Source: Acidobacteriota bacterium
GTDB lineage: Bacteria; Acidobacteriota; Thermoanaerobaculia; Thermoanaerobaculales; Sulfomarinibacteraceae
Assembly: GCA_015493585.1 (NCBI GenBank)
Contig: WGCW01000004.1
Span: forward strand, 497 to 64,496
Length of the DNA: 64,000 nt
Direction: 5' to 3'
Shown here: positions 1 through 11,020 of the stretch, one piece after another
Layout of the letters: each line of letters begins with the position of its first letter
How positions within the stretch are numbered: the stretch's first letter is position 1
The notes under the pieces: generated by a model
Databases searched by the model: none
Told to the model about the DNA's origin: nothing
The model's input: the letters and a program-made list of their open reading frames with translations, nothing else
Made by a program: the position numbers and the translations under genes

Positions 1-928
1 CGGGGACGCTAGTCTCAACAACGAAACCGACGGCCGGCCCAACGAGGGACGCTCCGGGCAAGGGGTCAACCATCATGACTTGCTGGACCAGACGGTAGAA
101 GACCTTGCCGCGAGAGGCTGAAGTCGCGGTTGAAATGGAAAGTGAACTCATCGAGGTAGTAAGGCAGGTGCGACGGCCGAACAGCACCGTGGTAGGTTCC
201 CAACAGCCAATGCTCGAGCAGCGAGGCAACAAGGTGCGCGAGCTGAATGTCGCGTGACGTGACGACGACGCGCGGAAAGCCGGCGTCAGGTAGCTTCCTG
301 TACCCTTCCAATTGTCGGTGCGGATGGTCGTACCAGGCCGGACAACAGATTGCGCGAACGCTATCAAACTGGCACCTGATGCGTCGGTTAGATGTTGTAG
401 GCGGATACGGCCGATGCCACCTTTTCCTTTGTCTTCAACCGCTATACCTACCAGGGCTTTCCCTGCTGCACCGCGCCCTCGTTTTCCCGGCTTCCTCTTT
501 CCGCCGACGTATGTCTCGTCCATCTCAACCAAGCCACCCAGGCGGTCTCGGCCCGGCCTGACCATCGCACGCCGAAGCTTGTGCAGCCACTCCCATGCGG
601 TGTGGTAGCTGCCAAGGTTCAAGGCACGCTGCAGGCCGAGGGCATTGGCGCCGAACTTCTGGTTGGTGATGTGCCACATTGCGCGAAACCACAGGACGAT
701 TGGTTTGCGCGTACGATGCAGGATCGTGCCAGCAGTGACCGATGTCTGCGCCCCGCAACCCGAGCAGTGAAAAAGGCCCCGCCGTGTCTGCCACGCTCGC
801 CTGCCGGCGCATCACGGACCGACGAAGCCGTCCGGCCACCGCATCGATCGCAGGTACTCGATGCACGCGGACTCTCTGCTGAAGCGTTTCTCAAATTCAA
901 CCTGCGTCCGGGGGTAGTCCTCCTCCAT
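1..928 (-). pseudogene. IS1595-family (ISXO2-like) transposase, degraded (one in-frame stop plus two frameshifts); runs off the left window edge
   Basis: Reverse translation from ATG at 928 gives MEEDYPRTQVEFEKRFSRESACIEYLRSMRWPDGFVGP, then TGA (812-814). The same frame continues CAGRRAWQTRRGLFHCSGCG...LVEMDETYVGGKRKPGKRGRG...IRTDNWKG. The conserved block GYRKLPDAGF...HLPYYLDEFTFHFNR is in another frame (tracked ORF 66..311). The tail SRGKVFYRLVQQVMMVDP returns to the first frame near position ~95. Confidence 0.8.
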
Positions 929-987
929 CTGGACGAACACTACATCTTGTGGCTACTGGAGACAAGTGCATACCCCAGAAAATGAAA

Positions 988-1072
988 TGGTGCCGAAGGC
1001 CGGACTCGAACCGGCACGGCGTAAGCCACACGCCCCTCAAACGTGCGCGTCTACCTGTTCCGCCACTTCGGC
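988..1072 (-). tRNA. tRNA-Leu (anticodon GAG), type II with long variable arm, CCA encoded
   Basis: Reverse complement is GCCGAAG-TG-GCGG..ACGC-G-CACGT-TTGAGGG-GCGTG-long variable arm-GCCGG-TTCGAGT-CCGGC-CTTCGGC-A-CCA. It has a 7-bp acceptor stem, a GTTCGAGT T-loop and an 85-nt cloverleaf. Confidence 0.9.
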
Positions 1073-1110
1073 ACGTCTCTATTGTACCCCGTTTCCGCCA
1101 CAGGACACTC

Positions 1111-1512
1111 CTACTTTGACCCCTGCGAGGGGGCCGCGCTCCGGTTCGCCGGAGCAGGCTGGGCCGCCTTTTGCGCGGGCGCCTTCTTGACCGGGACCGG
1201 CTGGGCCGGCGCCGCTGGCGCCGTCTTCGCTGCGGCCGGCTTTGCCTTGTGGAGCTTGACCCCCTCCATCACCGACCGTTGCCGGCGGCCTTGGAGGATC
1301 GCGAGCGCCATCGAAAGCACAATGAACAGCACGAACGACCCGGTCGTCAGCTTGTGCATCAGAGTCGTTCCGCTCCGTGGCCCAAAGGCCGTTTGGGTTC
1401 CGCCGCCGCCGAACGCGCCGGAAAGATCCGCGCCCTTCCCCTGCTGCAACAGGACGACCATGACGAGGAAGAGGCAGACCAACACGTACAAAATCACGAG
1501 TAACGTATTCAC
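1111..1512 (-). CDS. secG: preprotein translocase subunit SecG with a long Ala/Pro/Lys-rich C-terminal tail
   Basis: N-terminus is MNTLLVILYVLVCLFLVMVVLLQQGKGADLSGAFGGGG...GPRSG, a typical SecG signature with two TM segments. It sits downstream of tpiA, as in many bacteria. Confidence 0.85.
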   Translation of the reverse strand: MNTLLVILYVLVCLFLVMVVLLQQGKGADLSGAFGGGGTQTAFGPRSGTTLMHKLTTGSFVLFIVLSMALAILQGRRQRSVMEGVKLHKAKPAAAKTAPAAPAQPVPVKKAPAQKAAQPAPANRSAAPSQGSK

Positions 1513-2276
1513 GATGATGCTCCCGCGGCAAGATGGGCCGCAGCGCGGATAATAGCGGAAAATGACGGTACGTCAAGGCTTGCGCCGCCGATCAAGCCGC
1601 CGTCGACGTCCGGCTGTCTGAAAAGATCGGCCGCGTTGGCCGGCTTCACGCTGCCGCCATAAAGGATCCGGACCTTGTTTGCCGCCTCGTCTCCGAAGTG
1701 CCCCCGAAGCTCCGACCGCAGGAATGCGTGTGCCTCCTGCGCCTGCTCCGGGCTCGCCGTCCGGCCCGTTCCGATCGCCCAGATCGGCTCGTACGCGACG
1801 ACCAGCTTCGCCGGATCCAGATCTGTGAGCACGCTGGCCTGCTGCCGCAGCACATCGATCGTCTCGCCGGCCTCACGCTGCTTGAGGGTCTCTCCCAGAC
1901 AGAAGATGACCGTCAACCCTTCTTCCTGGGCGCGCCGGGCTCTCCGTGCCGCTGTCTCGTCGGTCTCGCCGAACATCGTGCGACGTTCCGAATGACCGAC
2001 GATCACCCAGCCGACGTCGAGATCCGCGAGCATCGGCGCCGAGATCTCGCCTGTAAAGGCACCGCTGCTTTCCCAGTGAACGTTCTGTGCGCCCAGGCCG
2101 ATGCCCGAGCGCGTCAGAAGCATCGCGGCGGCCGGCAGTGAAATATACGGTGGACAGACGACCACGTCGACGTTGCGTGGACGCTTCGCGGCCAGAAGCT
2201 CTTCGAGGAAGGCCGCGGTGTCGGCCACGCCCTTGTGCATTTTCCAGTTGCCCGCTACGAGATATCGCCGTGTCAT
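1509..2276 (-). CDS. tpiA: triosephosphate isomerase
   Basis: Motifs seen: VAGNWKMH, GHSERR, AYEPIWAIGTG, YGGSV. There is a 4-nt overlap with secG. Confidence 0.95.
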   Translation of the reverse strand: MTRRYLVAGNWKMHKGVADTAAFLEELLAAKRPRNVDVVVCPPYISLPAAAMLLTRSGIGLGAQNVHWESSGAFTGEISAPMLADLDVGWVIVGHSERRTMFGETDETAARRARRAQEEGLTVIFCLGETLKQREAGETIDVLRQQASVLTDLDPAKLVVAYEPIWAIGTGRTASPEQAQEAHAFLRSELRGHFGDEAANKVRILYGGSVKPANAADLFRQPDVDGGLIGGASLDVPSFSAIIRAAAHLAAGASS

Positions 2277-3466
2277 GAGTCTGCCTCCAGAGCGTTGAGC
2301 GCCGGCAGCGGAGCGCCGGCGACGAGTTGCAGCGAGGCGCCCCCGCCGGTGGAAACGTGACTCAGGCGATCGGCGACCCCAGCCTGATGGACGGCCATCA
2401 CGGACTCTCCTCCACCAACGACGGTGAATCCATCGGACGCCGCCATCGCCCGCGCGACCGCCATCGTGCCGGCCGCAAACCGTTCCTTTTCAAAAACCCC
2501 CATCGGGCCGTTCCAGAAGACCGTCCGCGCTCCCGCAACCGCCGCCGCCACGCGCTCCCGTGAGGCAGGCCCGAGATCGACGATCATGACGTCATCGGAA
2601 ACGTTCTCCGGCGGGACCACATCGATCCGCGATGGGTTGTCGAGGTCATCCGTCACCACGACATCCTCAGGCAGGAGGAGCGTCACACCGCGAGCCGATG
2701 CGCGCTCGATGACATTGCGCGCCGTGCCGATCATCGCCGGCTCGACGAGCGATCGCCCAACTTCGAGACCCCGGGCGAGCAAGAATGTGTTGGCCATGCC
2801 GCCCCCGATCACCAGCGTTGAAACCTTGGCGAGCAGCGCCTCAAGCGGCGCCGTCTTGGTCGAAATCTTCGCACCCCCCACGATCGCCACGAACGGCTGG
2901 GCGGGATCGTCCACGACGCGCCTGAGAGCGGTGACCTCGGCCTCCATCAACCGTCCCGCCGCACGCCGTCCGCGGGGGAAGAGCCCGGGCACCGCGACGA
3001 CCGAGGCGTGCGCGCGGTGGGCCGTGCCGAATGCGTCGTTGACGTAGTGGGAAAACGGCGCTGACAGCTCACGGGCGAAGGCCGGATCGTTGGCCTTTTC
3101 CTCACCGTGGAACCTGAGGTTCTCCAGCAGGAGCAGCTCACCGGTGGCCGATGAGACGGTCGTGCGGACATCTTCACCAATACAATCGGAAAGAAAACGC
3201 ACCGGACGCCCGAGCAGCCGTTCCAGCGATGCGGCGACAGGTTTGAGCGACAGGCCTGGATTCGGCTGACCCTTTGGTTTCCCAAGATGTGAGCAGGCAG
3301 CGACGACCTGTGCCCGATCCAACAGCCAGCGAAGCGTCGGCAGCGCAGCCCGGATCCGCATGTCGTCCGCCACTGCGCCGCCGGAAACCGGCACGTTGAG
3401 GTCGAGCCGCACGAGAACCCGGCCACCCTCGACCGCCTCGAGATCTTCCAAACGTGGCAGCGTCAT
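2273..3466 (-). CDS. pgk: phosphoglycerate kinase
   Basis: VRLDLNVP, FWNGPMGVFE and STGGGASL motifs. The start is taken at the internal ATG (MTLPRLEDL), which forms an ATGA overlap with the gap stop. The tracked ORF extends to 3538. Confidence 0.92.
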   Translation of the reverse strand: MTLPRLEDLEAVEGGRVLVRLDLNVPVSGGAVADDMRIRAALPTLRWLLDRAQVVAACSHLGKPKGQPNPGLSLKPVAASLERLLGRPVRFLSDCIGEDVRTTVSSATGELLLLENLRFHGEEKANDPAFARELSAPFSHYVNDAFGTAHRAHASVVAVPGLFPRGRRAAGRLMEAEVTALRRVVDDPAQPFVAIVGGAKISTKTAPLEALLAKVSTLVIGGGMANTFLLARGLEVGRSLVEPAMIGTARNVIERASARGVTLLLPEDVVVTDDLDNPSRIDVVPPENVSDDVMIVDLGPASRERVAAAVAGARTVFWNGPMGVFEKERFAAGTMAVARAMAASDGFTVVGGGESVMAVHQAGVADRLSHVSTGGGASLQLVAGAPLPALNALEADS

Positions 3467-4473
3467 CCTTCCCGCTCCACCATGTACGCGAGGAGGTCCA
3501 CACAACGCAGCGAGTACCCGTTCTCGTTGTCGTACCACGACACCGCACGGAAGAAATGCGGCGTGATTTCAGCCATGAGAGGCAAGTCGACGATGCTCGA
3601 ACGGGTCTCGCCGATGATGTCGGAGGAAACCAGTCCCTCGCTGGAGACCCCAAGAATCCCCTTCAAGCTCCCCTCGGCAGCCTCCGTGCACGCCTCACGG
3701 AGCGCATCGATGTTCGACGCCTGCTCAGAGATGAACGTCAGATCAACGACCGAGCCGTCCGGCACTGGCACACGCATCGCTGCACCGGAAAGCTTGCCGT
3801 CGAGCTCTGGATACACCAGGCCAATCGCCTTGGCAGCGCCGGTCGACGTCGGCACGATGTTCATTGCGGCAGCGCGTGCCCGCCGCTTGTCCTTCGGATG
3901 CTGCACGTCAAGGATCCGCTGGTCGTTCGTATACGCGTGCACGGTCGTCACCCACCCGTGCGCAATGCCAACCGCCTCATGCAACACCTTGACCAGCGGT
4001 CCAAGGCAGTTGGTCGTACAGGATGCGTTGGAAACGATTCGGTGAACGGAGGGATCATAGGTGTCATTGTTGACGCCCATGACGAAGGTGGCATCGAGAT
4101 CCTTCCCCGGTGCCGTGACGATCACGCGCTGGGCGCCGGCCTCGAGGTGCGCGGATGCTTTCGCCCGGTCCCGAAACAGTCCGGTCGCCTCGAAGACGTA
4201 ATCGACCCCAAGCTCCCGCCACGGCAGCTCCGCCGGATTTCGCTCAGCGAGCACCTTGAACCGGTCGCCGGCCGCAACGATTTCATCCCCCTCGAGGGTA
4301 ACTTCACCGGGGTACGCGCGGTGCACCGAGTCGTGCGCGAAGAGGTACGCCAGCATGTCCGGTGACGTCAGGTCATTGACCGCCACCAGATCGAACTCCT
4401 TACGTGCGAGCAGGTGCCGGGCCACGAGCCGGCCAATCCGGCCGAATCCATTGATAGCAACGCGATACGTCAT
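3463..4473 (-). CDS. gap: type I glyceraldehyde-3-phosphate dehydrogenase
   Basis: INGFGRIGR, SNASCTTNC and WYDNE motifs. Confidence 0.95.
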   Translation of the reverse strand: MTYRVAINGFGRIGRLVARHLLARKEFDLVAVNDLTSPDMLAYLFAHDSVHRAYPGEVTLEGDEIVAAGDRFKVLAERNPAELPWRELGVDYVFEATGLFRDRAKASAHLEAGAQRVIVTAPGKDLDATFVMGVNNDTYDPSVHRIVSNASCTTNCLGPLVKVLHEAVGIAHGWVTTVHAYTNDQRILDVQHPKDKRRARAAAMNIVPTSTGAAKAIGLVYPELDGKLSGAAMRVPVPDGSVVDLTFISEQASNIDALREACTEAAEGSLKGILGVSSEGLVSSDIIGETRSSIVDLPLMAEITPHFFRAVSWYDNENGYSLRCVDLLAYMVEREG

Positions 4474-4529
4474 CGCACACCTCCCATATGTGTCATGAAA
4501 TCAAGTATAGCAACCCGGCGCCGCGAGTG

Positions 4530-4585
4530 CTGTGCAGTCCGAGCCCCAAAGCTGCCTCCGGCCGACGGGGCACAGCGCAACAACC
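4530..4585. repeat. remnant of the 219-bp palindromic element, inverted orientation
   Basis: 4546..4585 (ccaaagctgcctccggccgacggggcacagcgcaacaacc) is 40/40 identical to the reverse complement of 19517..19556. About 15 further nt (4530-4545) resemble one hairpin arm degenerately. Confidence 0.7.
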
Positions 4586-4643
4586 TGATCGCACACGGGG
4601 GTTGCCTCATGGTTGGAAGTCTTGTACACTGCGGCTCGTGTGT

Positions 4644-4719
4644 GGGCCGTTAGCTCAACTGGCAGAGCAAGGGACTCTTAATCCCTAGGTTGGGGGTTCG
4701 ATTCCCCCGCGGCTCACCA
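4644..4719 (+). tRNA. tRNA-Lys (anticodon CTT)
   Basis: GGGCCGT acceptor pairs with GCGGCTC. The anticodon stem-loop is AGGGA-CTCTTAA-TCCCT and the T arm is GGGGG-TTCGATT-CCCCC. It ends in A-CCA and is 76 nt long. Confidence 0.9.
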
Positions 4720-4733
4720 TTTTCCTTTTCGCT

Positions 4734-4821
<88 letters not shown>

Positions 4822-4834
4822 GGAGAAAACATCC

Positions 4835-6115
4835 ATGTCATATCAGTTGCAGCAACGTCCCGATCACACGGTTGAAATCAATGCCTCGTTTGAGCCCGAG
4901 GAGGTGGAGGCCGAACGGCGCCGCATCCTGATGGAGTACCGCCGCAAGGTACGCATCCCAGGGTTCCGGCCGGGGAAGGCCCCGCTCCATCTGGTGCAGG
5001 TCCGTCTTGGTGACGCCGTCAATGAGGAGCTCGAGGAGGCGCTTTCGAAGCGGGCCTGGGGCGACGTGCTCAAGAACGAAGAAAGATTCGAGCCGATCTC
5101 CCAGTTTCGGGTGACCGAGGCTACGATCGGTGATGACGGCGGATTCACGCTGACCGGCGAGGTCGAGGTCCGGCCACGGTGGGATCTGCCGCCTGTCGAG
5201 GAGATCACGCTGCCCGAGGTCGTCATCGAGATCTCCGATGCCGACATCGACGCCGAGCTGGAGAAGATCCGTGCCGAGCAGGGCGTCTGGACGCCGGCCG
5301 AGGGCCCTGCGGAAGACGGCATGCTCGTGGAGGTCGACCTCAAGGGCGAAGTGATCGACGGCGAGGGAGAGGACTTCTCCAAGGAAGGTGTTCGCTTCGT
5401 ACTCGGTCATGACGCAACCTTCCCCGAGATCCAGGAGGCGCTCACGGGTGCGACGGTTGGCGAGACACGCACGGCGGAGCGTGAAATCCCGGCGGACGAC
5501 CAAGACGGCGGCGACGCACCAAAGAAGATTCGCTACACGATGACGGTGACGAGCCTCAAGACGAAAGAGCTGCCACCGGTCGATGATAGCCTTGCAGACG
5601 CGCTTGGCTTCGACACGCTCGATGCCCTGAAGGAACGAATCCGCGAGGTCTTGGCCGGTGAAAAGCGGAACGAACGCCGCAACACGTACCGCCGGGCGAT
5701 CCTTGACCGCCTGGAAGAGGGGATCGATCCCAACAGCGTCCCAGACTCGCTCGTCAAGAGCGTGTTGCGCGACGAGCTGAACAACTACGCCTATGCGATG
5801 GCGATACAGGGACAAGACCCGCAATCGAAGGATCTCGATTGGCAGGAGATCTCGGCAAAGATGGAGCCGGACGTGCGCAAGAAGGTGCTCGACGAGCTCA
5901 TCCTTGAACAGCTCGGCGAGGCGTGGGGCATCGGTGTCCCGGAGGCGGAAGTCGAAACGTTCATCGCCGCCGAAGCCCAGCGCAAGGGTGTCCCGCCTGC
6001 CGAGCATCGCGCCAACCTCGAAAAGGAAGGCCGGGTTGAGAGTATCCGGCATGCCGCCCGGATCGCTGCCGTCGTCGACGAGGCGATCCGGCGTGCCGGT
6101 GGGGAGGTTGACTGA
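4835..6115 (+). CDS. tig: trigger factor
   Basis: The N-terminus carries ...[11 protein letters not shown], the trigger-factor ribosome-binding signature. A PPIase-like middle domain is present, and the gene lies upstream of clpP-clpX. Confidence 0.92.
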   Translation: MSYQLQQRPDHTVEINASFEPEEVEAERRRILMEYRRKVRIPGFRPGKAPLHLVQVRLGDAVNEELEEALSKRAWGDVLKNEERFEPISQFRVTEATIGDDGGFTLTGEVEVRPRWDLPPVEEITLPEVVIEISDADIDAELEKIRAEQGVWTPAEGPAEDGMLVEVDLKGEVIDGEGEDFSKEGVRFVLGHDATFPEIQEALTGATVGETRTAEREIPADDQDGGDAPKKIRYTMTVTSLKTKELPPVDDSLADALGFDTLDALKERIREVLAGEKRNERRNTYRRAILDRLEEGIDPNSVPDSLVKSVLRDELNNYAYAMAIQGQDPQSKDLDWQEISAKMEPDVRKKVLDELILEQLGEAWGIGVPEAEVETFIAAEAQRKGVPPAEHRANLEKEGRVESIRHAARIAAVVDEAIRRAGGEVD

Positions 6116-6699
6116 TGCTAGTGCCAATGGTGGTCGAGCAGACCAGCCGAGGTGAGCGTGCCTATGACATTTTCTCCCGGTTACTCAAAGATAACGTTAT
6201 TTTTCTCGGCACTGCGATCGATGACCAGGTCGCGTCGCTGATCATCGCTCAGATGCTCTTCCTCGAGGCCGAAAACCCGGAAAAAGATATCTTCCTCTAC
6301 ATCAACTCCCCCGGCGGCTCGATCACCGCTGGGCTCGCGATCTACGACACCATGCAATACGTCAAGCCGGATGTCAGCACGATCTGCCTTGGCCAGGCGG
6401 CCTCGATGGCGGCGATTCTGTTGGCCGGCGGGGCAGCTGGAAAACGGTTCGGCCTCCCACACAGCCGGGTACTGCTTCACCAGCCGCTGATGTACGGCCT
6501 CGAAGGTCAGGCGACCGACATTGATATTCACGCGAAGGACCTGATGTTGCTGCGCACACGCCTCAACCAGATCCTGGCTCGCCACACGGGTCAACCTGAG
6601 GAGAAGGTCAACCTGGATACCGAGAGGGACTTCATCCTCGAAGCCAATGCTGCGTTGGAGTACCATGTGATTGATCAGGTCATCACATCACGGGAATGA
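6115..6699 (+). CDS. clpP: ATP-dependent Clp protease proteolytic subunit
   Basis: [27 protein letters not shown] and HQP motifs. TGATG overlap with tig. Confidence 0.95.
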   Translation: MLVPMVVEQTSRGERAYDIFSRLLKDNVIFLGTAIDDQVASLIIAQMLFLEAENPEKDIFLYINSPGGSITAGLAIYDTMQYVKPDVSTICLGQAASMAAILLAGGAAGKRFGLPHSRVLLHQPLMYGLEGQATDIDIHAKDLMLLRTRLNQILARHTGQPEEKVNLDTERDFILEANAALEYHVIDQVITSRE

Positions 6700-6751
6700 G
6701 GACCGGCAAGGGACGTGCTAGAGTGAGATACAATAGACGGAGGAGGGCCCG

Positions 6752-7987
6752 ATGACGCACCGAGACACAGATGTCCTGCGCTGCAGCTTCTGTGGCAAGA
6801 GTCAGCACGAGGTGCGCAAGCTGATTGCAGGGCCAAACGTCTACATCTGCAACGAGTGCGTCGAGGTCTGTCTGGACATCATTGCGGAAGACCGCGCGAG
6901 CGACGCTCAAGCCCAGAGGGCGCCCCTTCCGAAGCCACACGAAATCAAGGAGTATCTCGACGAGTACGTGATCGGCCAAGAAAAGGCGAAGAAGAAGCTC
7001 TCCGTTGCGGTCTACAACCACTACCGGCGCATCGAGTACCAGGGTGAGCGGTCGCAGACCGATGTCGAGCTGACGAAGTCAAACATCCTGCTGATCGGCC
7101 CGACGGGAACGGGAAAGACGCTCCTGGCGCAAACATTGGCCCGGCATCTCGACGTCCCATTCACCATCGTCGATGCGACGACGCTGACCGAAGCTGGGTA
7201 CGTCGGAGAGGATGTGGAAAACATCCTGCTACGGCTCTACCAGGCGGCGGGCGGTGACCGTGAGGCCGCGGAACGCGGTATCGTCTACATCGACGAGATC
7301 GATAAGGTCGCACGCAAGGCGGAAAACCCGTCAATCACGCGCGACGTCTCCGGAGAGGGCGTTCAGCAGGCGTTGCTCAAGATCCTCGAGGGCACCATCG
7401 CCAACGTCCCACCGCAGGGTGGCAGGAAGCACCCGCATCAGGAGTTCCTCCAGATCGACACGACCAACATCCTCTTCATCTGTGGCGGCGCGTTCGTCGG
7501 GCTTGAAGACATCATTGCCGACAGGTTGAATCAAAAACGCATGGGGTTTGGCGTTGATCTCGGCGGCAACACCAAACGCTCGACTGAGCTGCTCGAGCAA
7601 GTCCATCCCGAGGACCTGATCAAGTACGGGATGATCCCCGAGTTCGTGGGAAGAATCCCCGCGGTCGCGACGTTACACGATCTTGACCACGAGGCGCTCG
7701 TGCGGATTCTGACCGAACCGAAGAACTCACTCGTGCGCCAGTATCAGACCATGCTGTCCTTCGAGGGCGTCGATCTGACGTTCACGAAGGACGCACTCGA
7801 CGCGATCGCCGATGAGGCCATGACCCGCAAGGTCGGAGCTCGTGGCCTGAGGATCATCCTCGAAGAGCTGATGTTGGATATCATGTACCAGGTCCCCGCG
7901 GAGCCCGATATCACCGAGCTTGTCATCTCCCAGGAGGTTGTCGAGCGGAGAGCTCAGCCGCTGACCGCATTCCGCAAGGTTGGCTGA
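6752..7987 (+). CDS. clpX: ATP-dependent Clp protease ATP-binding subunit ClpX
   Basis: N-terminal zinc finger CSFCGK...CNEC, Walker [12 protein letters not shown], and IVYIDEIDK. Confidence 0.95.
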   Translation: MTHRDTDVLRCSFCGKSQHEVRKLIAGPNVYICNECVEVCLDIIAEDRASDAQAQRAPLPKPHEIKEYLDEYVIGQEKAKKKLSVAVYNHYRRIEYQGERSQTDVELTKSNILLIGPTGTGKTLLAQTLARHLDVPFTIVDATTLTEAGYVGEDVENILLRLYQAAGGDREAAERGIVYIDEIDKVARKAENPSITRDVSGEGVQQALLKILEGTIANVPPQGGRKHPHQEFLQIDTTNILFICGGAFVGLEDIIADRLNQKRMGFGVDLGGNTKRSTELLEQVHPEDLIKYGMIPEFVGRIPAVATLHDLDHEALVRILTEPKNSLVRQYQTMLSFEGVDLTFTKDALDAIADEAMTRKVGARGLRIILEELMLDIMYQVPAEPDITELVISQEVVERRAQPLTAFRKVG

Positions 7988-8015
7988 AGCCTCGCGTTTA
8001 CAGAGACAGGAACCC

Positions 8016-10412
8016 ATGACACCAGACCACGAAACCGTTGTGCTGCCAATCGTACCCCTCAGGGACATGGTGGTCTTTCCACGCATGATGGCGCCGTTCG
8101 TTGTTGGACGCGCGCCTTCGGTCGAGGCACTGGCCCGGGCGTTACGGCGGCCGGACAAGAAGATCTTCCTGACCGCTCAACGGGATCCCAAGGTTGACCA
8201 GCCAGGGTTCGACGATATTTTCGCCGTCGGCGTCGTCGCCCGGGTCGTGCAACACCTGCAGTTGGCCTCTGGAAACATCAAGGTCATGGTCGAGGGGTTA
8301 GCCCGTGCCACCATCGTTGAGATCATCGATGATCCAGCGTGTCTGACCGCCCGCGTCGAACTGGCACCCGTCACGCACCCCGAGGGGGAGTCGGTTCAGC
8401 TCTTCCTTGAACAGTTGACCGGCCTTTTCAAGGAGTACGCAAAGCTCTCGCACCACCTCTCGGCCGAGGGCGCGCTCGCCTCGCTCCAGACTGACGACCC
8501 CGACCAATTCGCCGACCTGCTGGCTGCACACCTGAGGCTGCCAACGGCCGAGCGGCAGGAGCTCCTGGAAACCTTCAGGCCGTTGGAGCGCCTGGCGCGG
8601 CTCAACGACATCCTCGATGTCGAGATTGAGAAACTGCAGATCGACCGCCGCCTCAACTCCCGCGTCAAGAAGCAGATGGAAAAGGCGCAGCGGGAGTATT
8701 ACCTCTCGGAGAAGATCAAAGCGATCAACGAGGAGCTCGGGAGGGGAAACGCCCAGGAAGAGCTCGCCGAGTTGAAGAAGAGGATCGAGGAGTCTGATCT
8801 TTCCGGCGAGGCGCGTGAAAAGGCGCTCAATGAGCTCAAGAGGCTCGAAGGGATGCCACCGGTCTCAGCCGAGGCCGGTGTCTCCCGGAACTACATCGAG
8901 TGGCTCCTCGCCGTCCCCTGGAAGAAGGCCTCCCGCGAGATCAAGGATATCCGGCGGGCAGAAAAGGTCCTCAACGAGGATCACTACGGCCTCGAAAAGG
9001 TCAAGGACCGGATCCTCGAATTTCTCGCGGTTCGTCAGCTCGTTCGCAAGACCAGCGGTACGATCCTCTCCTTCGTCGGCCCCCCCGGCGTCGGCAAGAC
9101 GTCGCTCGCGCAGTCGGTCGCGCGGGCCACCGGCCGTAAGTTCGTCCGCCTCTCCCTGGGAGGCGTCCGGGACGAGGCGGAAATCCGCGGTCACCGGCGC
9201 ACCTACATCGGCGCCTTCCCAGGCCAGATCATCCAGATGATGCGCAAGGCCGGGACGGTCAACCCCGTTCTGCTCCTTGACGAAGTCGACAAGATGGCGG
9301 CCGATTTTCGGGGCGATCCCTCAGCCGCGCTGCTCGAGGTGCTCGATCCGGAGCAGAATTGCTCTTTCCAGGATCATTTCCTCGATGTCGAGTATGACCT
9401 GTCCCGGGTGCTCTTCATCTGCACGGCGAACGTCTCCCATACCATCCCACCGGCGCTGCTCGACCGGATGGAGACAATTCAACTCTCCGGCTATACCCCG
9501 CTCGAGAAACTGGAAATTGCGCGCGGCTTCCTCGTGCCCCGCCAGATCGAGCGGCACGGGCTCAAACCGTACAACATCACCTTCGAGGATGACGCCATCC
9601 GCTTTTTGATCGAGCGGTACACGCGTGAGGCCGGGGTTCGCAACCTCGAGCGAGAGATCGCGTCGATCTGCCGCAAGCTCGCCCGGCGGGTGCTCAAAGA
9701 ACATCTGGCGAAGGGGGTGGGCATCACGGTCGACACGGCTGAGGTCGAACGCCTCCTTGGTCATCCAAAGTACCGGGACATCCGGGAGAACCGGCGCCCG
9801 GAGGTCGGTGCAGCGATCGGCCTGGCCTGGACCCAAGTCGGCGGTGAGCTTTTGACGACCGAGGTCTCTCTGATGCGGGGCTCCGGAAAGCTGACGTTGA
9901 CCGGCCAGCTCGGAGACGTCATGCAGGAGTCCGCCCGCGCCGCCCTTTCGTTCGTCAGGTCACGGGCCGAGAAGCTCGGCATCGACGTCGAGCGGTTCGA
10001 GAAAACCGATATCCATCTGCACGTCCCCGAGGGGGCAATTCCGAAGGACGGTCCCTCGGCTGGGATCACCCTGGCGACCGCCCTGGTCTCCGCCTTCACC
10101 AACCGGCCCGTGCGGTCCGATGTCGCCATGACCGGTGAAATCACGCTGCGCGGCCGGGTCCTTCCCATCGGAGGTCTCAAGGAGAAGGTCCTTGCCGCCT
10201 TTCGGGCCGGCATCGAGACCGTCGTACTGCCCGAGGAAAACGAAAAGGACTTGGAGGAAATCCCCGATGAGGTTCGCACCGCGTTGACGTTCGTGCTGGT
10301 TTCCTCCATGGACGAGGTGCTGGAGCATGCCCTCATGGCCGAGGCTGGAACGCCGCTCGTGGCGGCCGAGGCCGGCGATCAAGAGCCTCTCTCGCCCCCG
10401 GTCCCCCAGTAA
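8016..10412 (+). CDS. lon: endopeptidase La (Lon protease)
   Basis: [17 protein letters not shown]-domain, [18 protein letters not shown] catalytic Ser and MTGEITLRG. The start is taken at ATG 8016; the tracked ORF begins at a TTG at 7980 that overlaps clpX. Confidence 0.92.
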   Translation: MTPDHETVVLPIVPLRDMVVFPRMMAPFVVGRAPSVEALARALRRPDKKIFLTAQRDPKVDQPGFDDIFAVGVVARVVQHLQLASGNIKVMVEGLARATIVEIIDDPACLTARVELAPVTHPEGESVQLFLEQLTGLFKEYAKLSHHLSAEGALASLQTDDPDQFADLLAAHLRLPTAERQELLETFRPLERLARLNDILDVEIEKLQIDRRLNSRVKKQMEKAQREYYLSEKIKAINEELGRGNAQEELAELKKRIEESDLSGEAREKALNELKRLEGMPPVSAEAGVSRNYIEWLLAVPWKKASREIKDIRRAEKVLNEDHYGLEKVKDRILEFLAVRQLVRKTSGTILSFVGPPGVGKTSLAQSVARATGRKFVRLSLGGVRDEAEIRGHRRTYIGAFPGQIIQMMRKAGTVNPVLLLDEVDKMAADFRGDPSAALLEVLDPEQNCSFQDHFLDVEYDLSRVLFICTANVSHTIPPALLDRMETIQLSGYTPLEKLEIARGFLVPRQIERHGLKPYNITFEDDAIRFLIERYTREAGVRNLEREIASICRKLARRVLKEHLAKGVGITVDTAEVERLLGHPKYRDIRENRRPEVGAAIGLAWTQVGGELLTTEVSLMRGSGKLTLTGQLGDVMQESARAALSFVRSRAEKLGIDVERFEKTDIHLHVPEGAIPKDGPSAGITLATALVSAFTNRPVRSDVAMTGEITLRGRVLPIGGLKEKVLAAFRAGIETVVLPEENEKDLEEIPDEVRTALTFVLVSSMDEVLEHALMAEAGTPLVAAEAGDQEPLSPPVPQ

Positions 10413-10416
10413 CGCC

Positions 10417-11019
10417 GTGGAGATCAAAGATGTTACGTTCGACAGGTCTGCGCTCCGGGCCAACGCCATTCCAAAGGGCTTTGTTCCCCACTTGGCGGTG
10501 GCCGGAAGGTCCAACGTTGGCAAGTCGAGCTTATTGAACTGGTTGTGCCGGCGCCAGATCGCGCGTGTCGCGAAGGCGCCTGGAAAAACTCGAATGCTCA
10601 ATTTCTTTCTGGTCAACCGGAGTTTCTTTCTGGTCGACCTTCCGGGATACGGGTATGCAAAGGTTCACAAGGCCCTTCGGGAACAGTGGAATGTCGAGCT
10701 TGGACGATATGTGGCCGCCGAAGAGCGCCTGGCGGGCGTGATGACGTTGATCGACATTCGCCATGGCCCGACGGCGCTCGATTTGGAGCTGCAACGGATG
10801 ATTCTGGACGCCGGCCGGGAACGGATCGTTGTCCTCACCAAGGCCGACAAGGTTGGCCGGTCGCATCGCAGCCGGATGCAACACGATGTGCAACACGCCC
10901 TCGGGACGGCAACGCCGCCCGTCGTCGTCAGCGTCAACTCCGGAGAGGGACGCAAGGAGCTGCTGGACAGTATGGAACGGGTTTTGACCCTGTGGAGAGA
11001 ACGGCATCAAGGAGCATAA
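10417..11019 (+). CDS. engB: ribosome biogenesis GTP-binding protein YihA/EngB
   Basis: [20 protein letters not shown] and TKADK motifs. The start is taken at GTG 10417, just after the lon stop. The tracked ORF from 10327 overlaps lon. Confidence 0.85.
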   Translation: MEIKDVTFDRSALRANAIPKGFVPHLAVAGRSNVGKSSLLNWLCRRQIARVAKAPGKTRMLNFFLVNRSFFLVDLPGYGYAKVHKALREQWNVELGRYVAAEERLAGVMTLIDIRHGPTALDLELQRMILDAGRERIVVLTKADKVGRSHRSRMQHDVQHALGTATPPVVVSVNSGEGRKELLDSMERVLTLWRERHQGA

Positions 11020-11020
11020 G

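Noticed and set aside
4838-6127. Very long ORFs antisense to or out of frame with real genes. Examples: 4838..6127(-) opposite tig, 21498..23030(+) opposite atpD, 24577..25629(+) opposite atpA, 33462..34643(+) opposite yidC, 62737..63669(-) opposite the arginine deiminase gene, 17375..18277(-) opposite the PPIase, 13796..14596(-) and 14954..16081(+).
   Set aside because: They have Arg/Pro/Gly/Ser/His-rich compositions and no recognisable motifs. Each overlaps a gene with unmistakable conserved motifs. This is the typical stop-codon depletion artefact of GC-rich DNA.
6700-6751. TACAAT hexamers upstream of clpX (about 6729) and upstream of the CsgG-like gene (about 59601), considered as -10 promoter elements.
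   Set aside because: No acceptable -35 at 16-18 nt spacing and no extended -10 TG. This is too weak to report as features.
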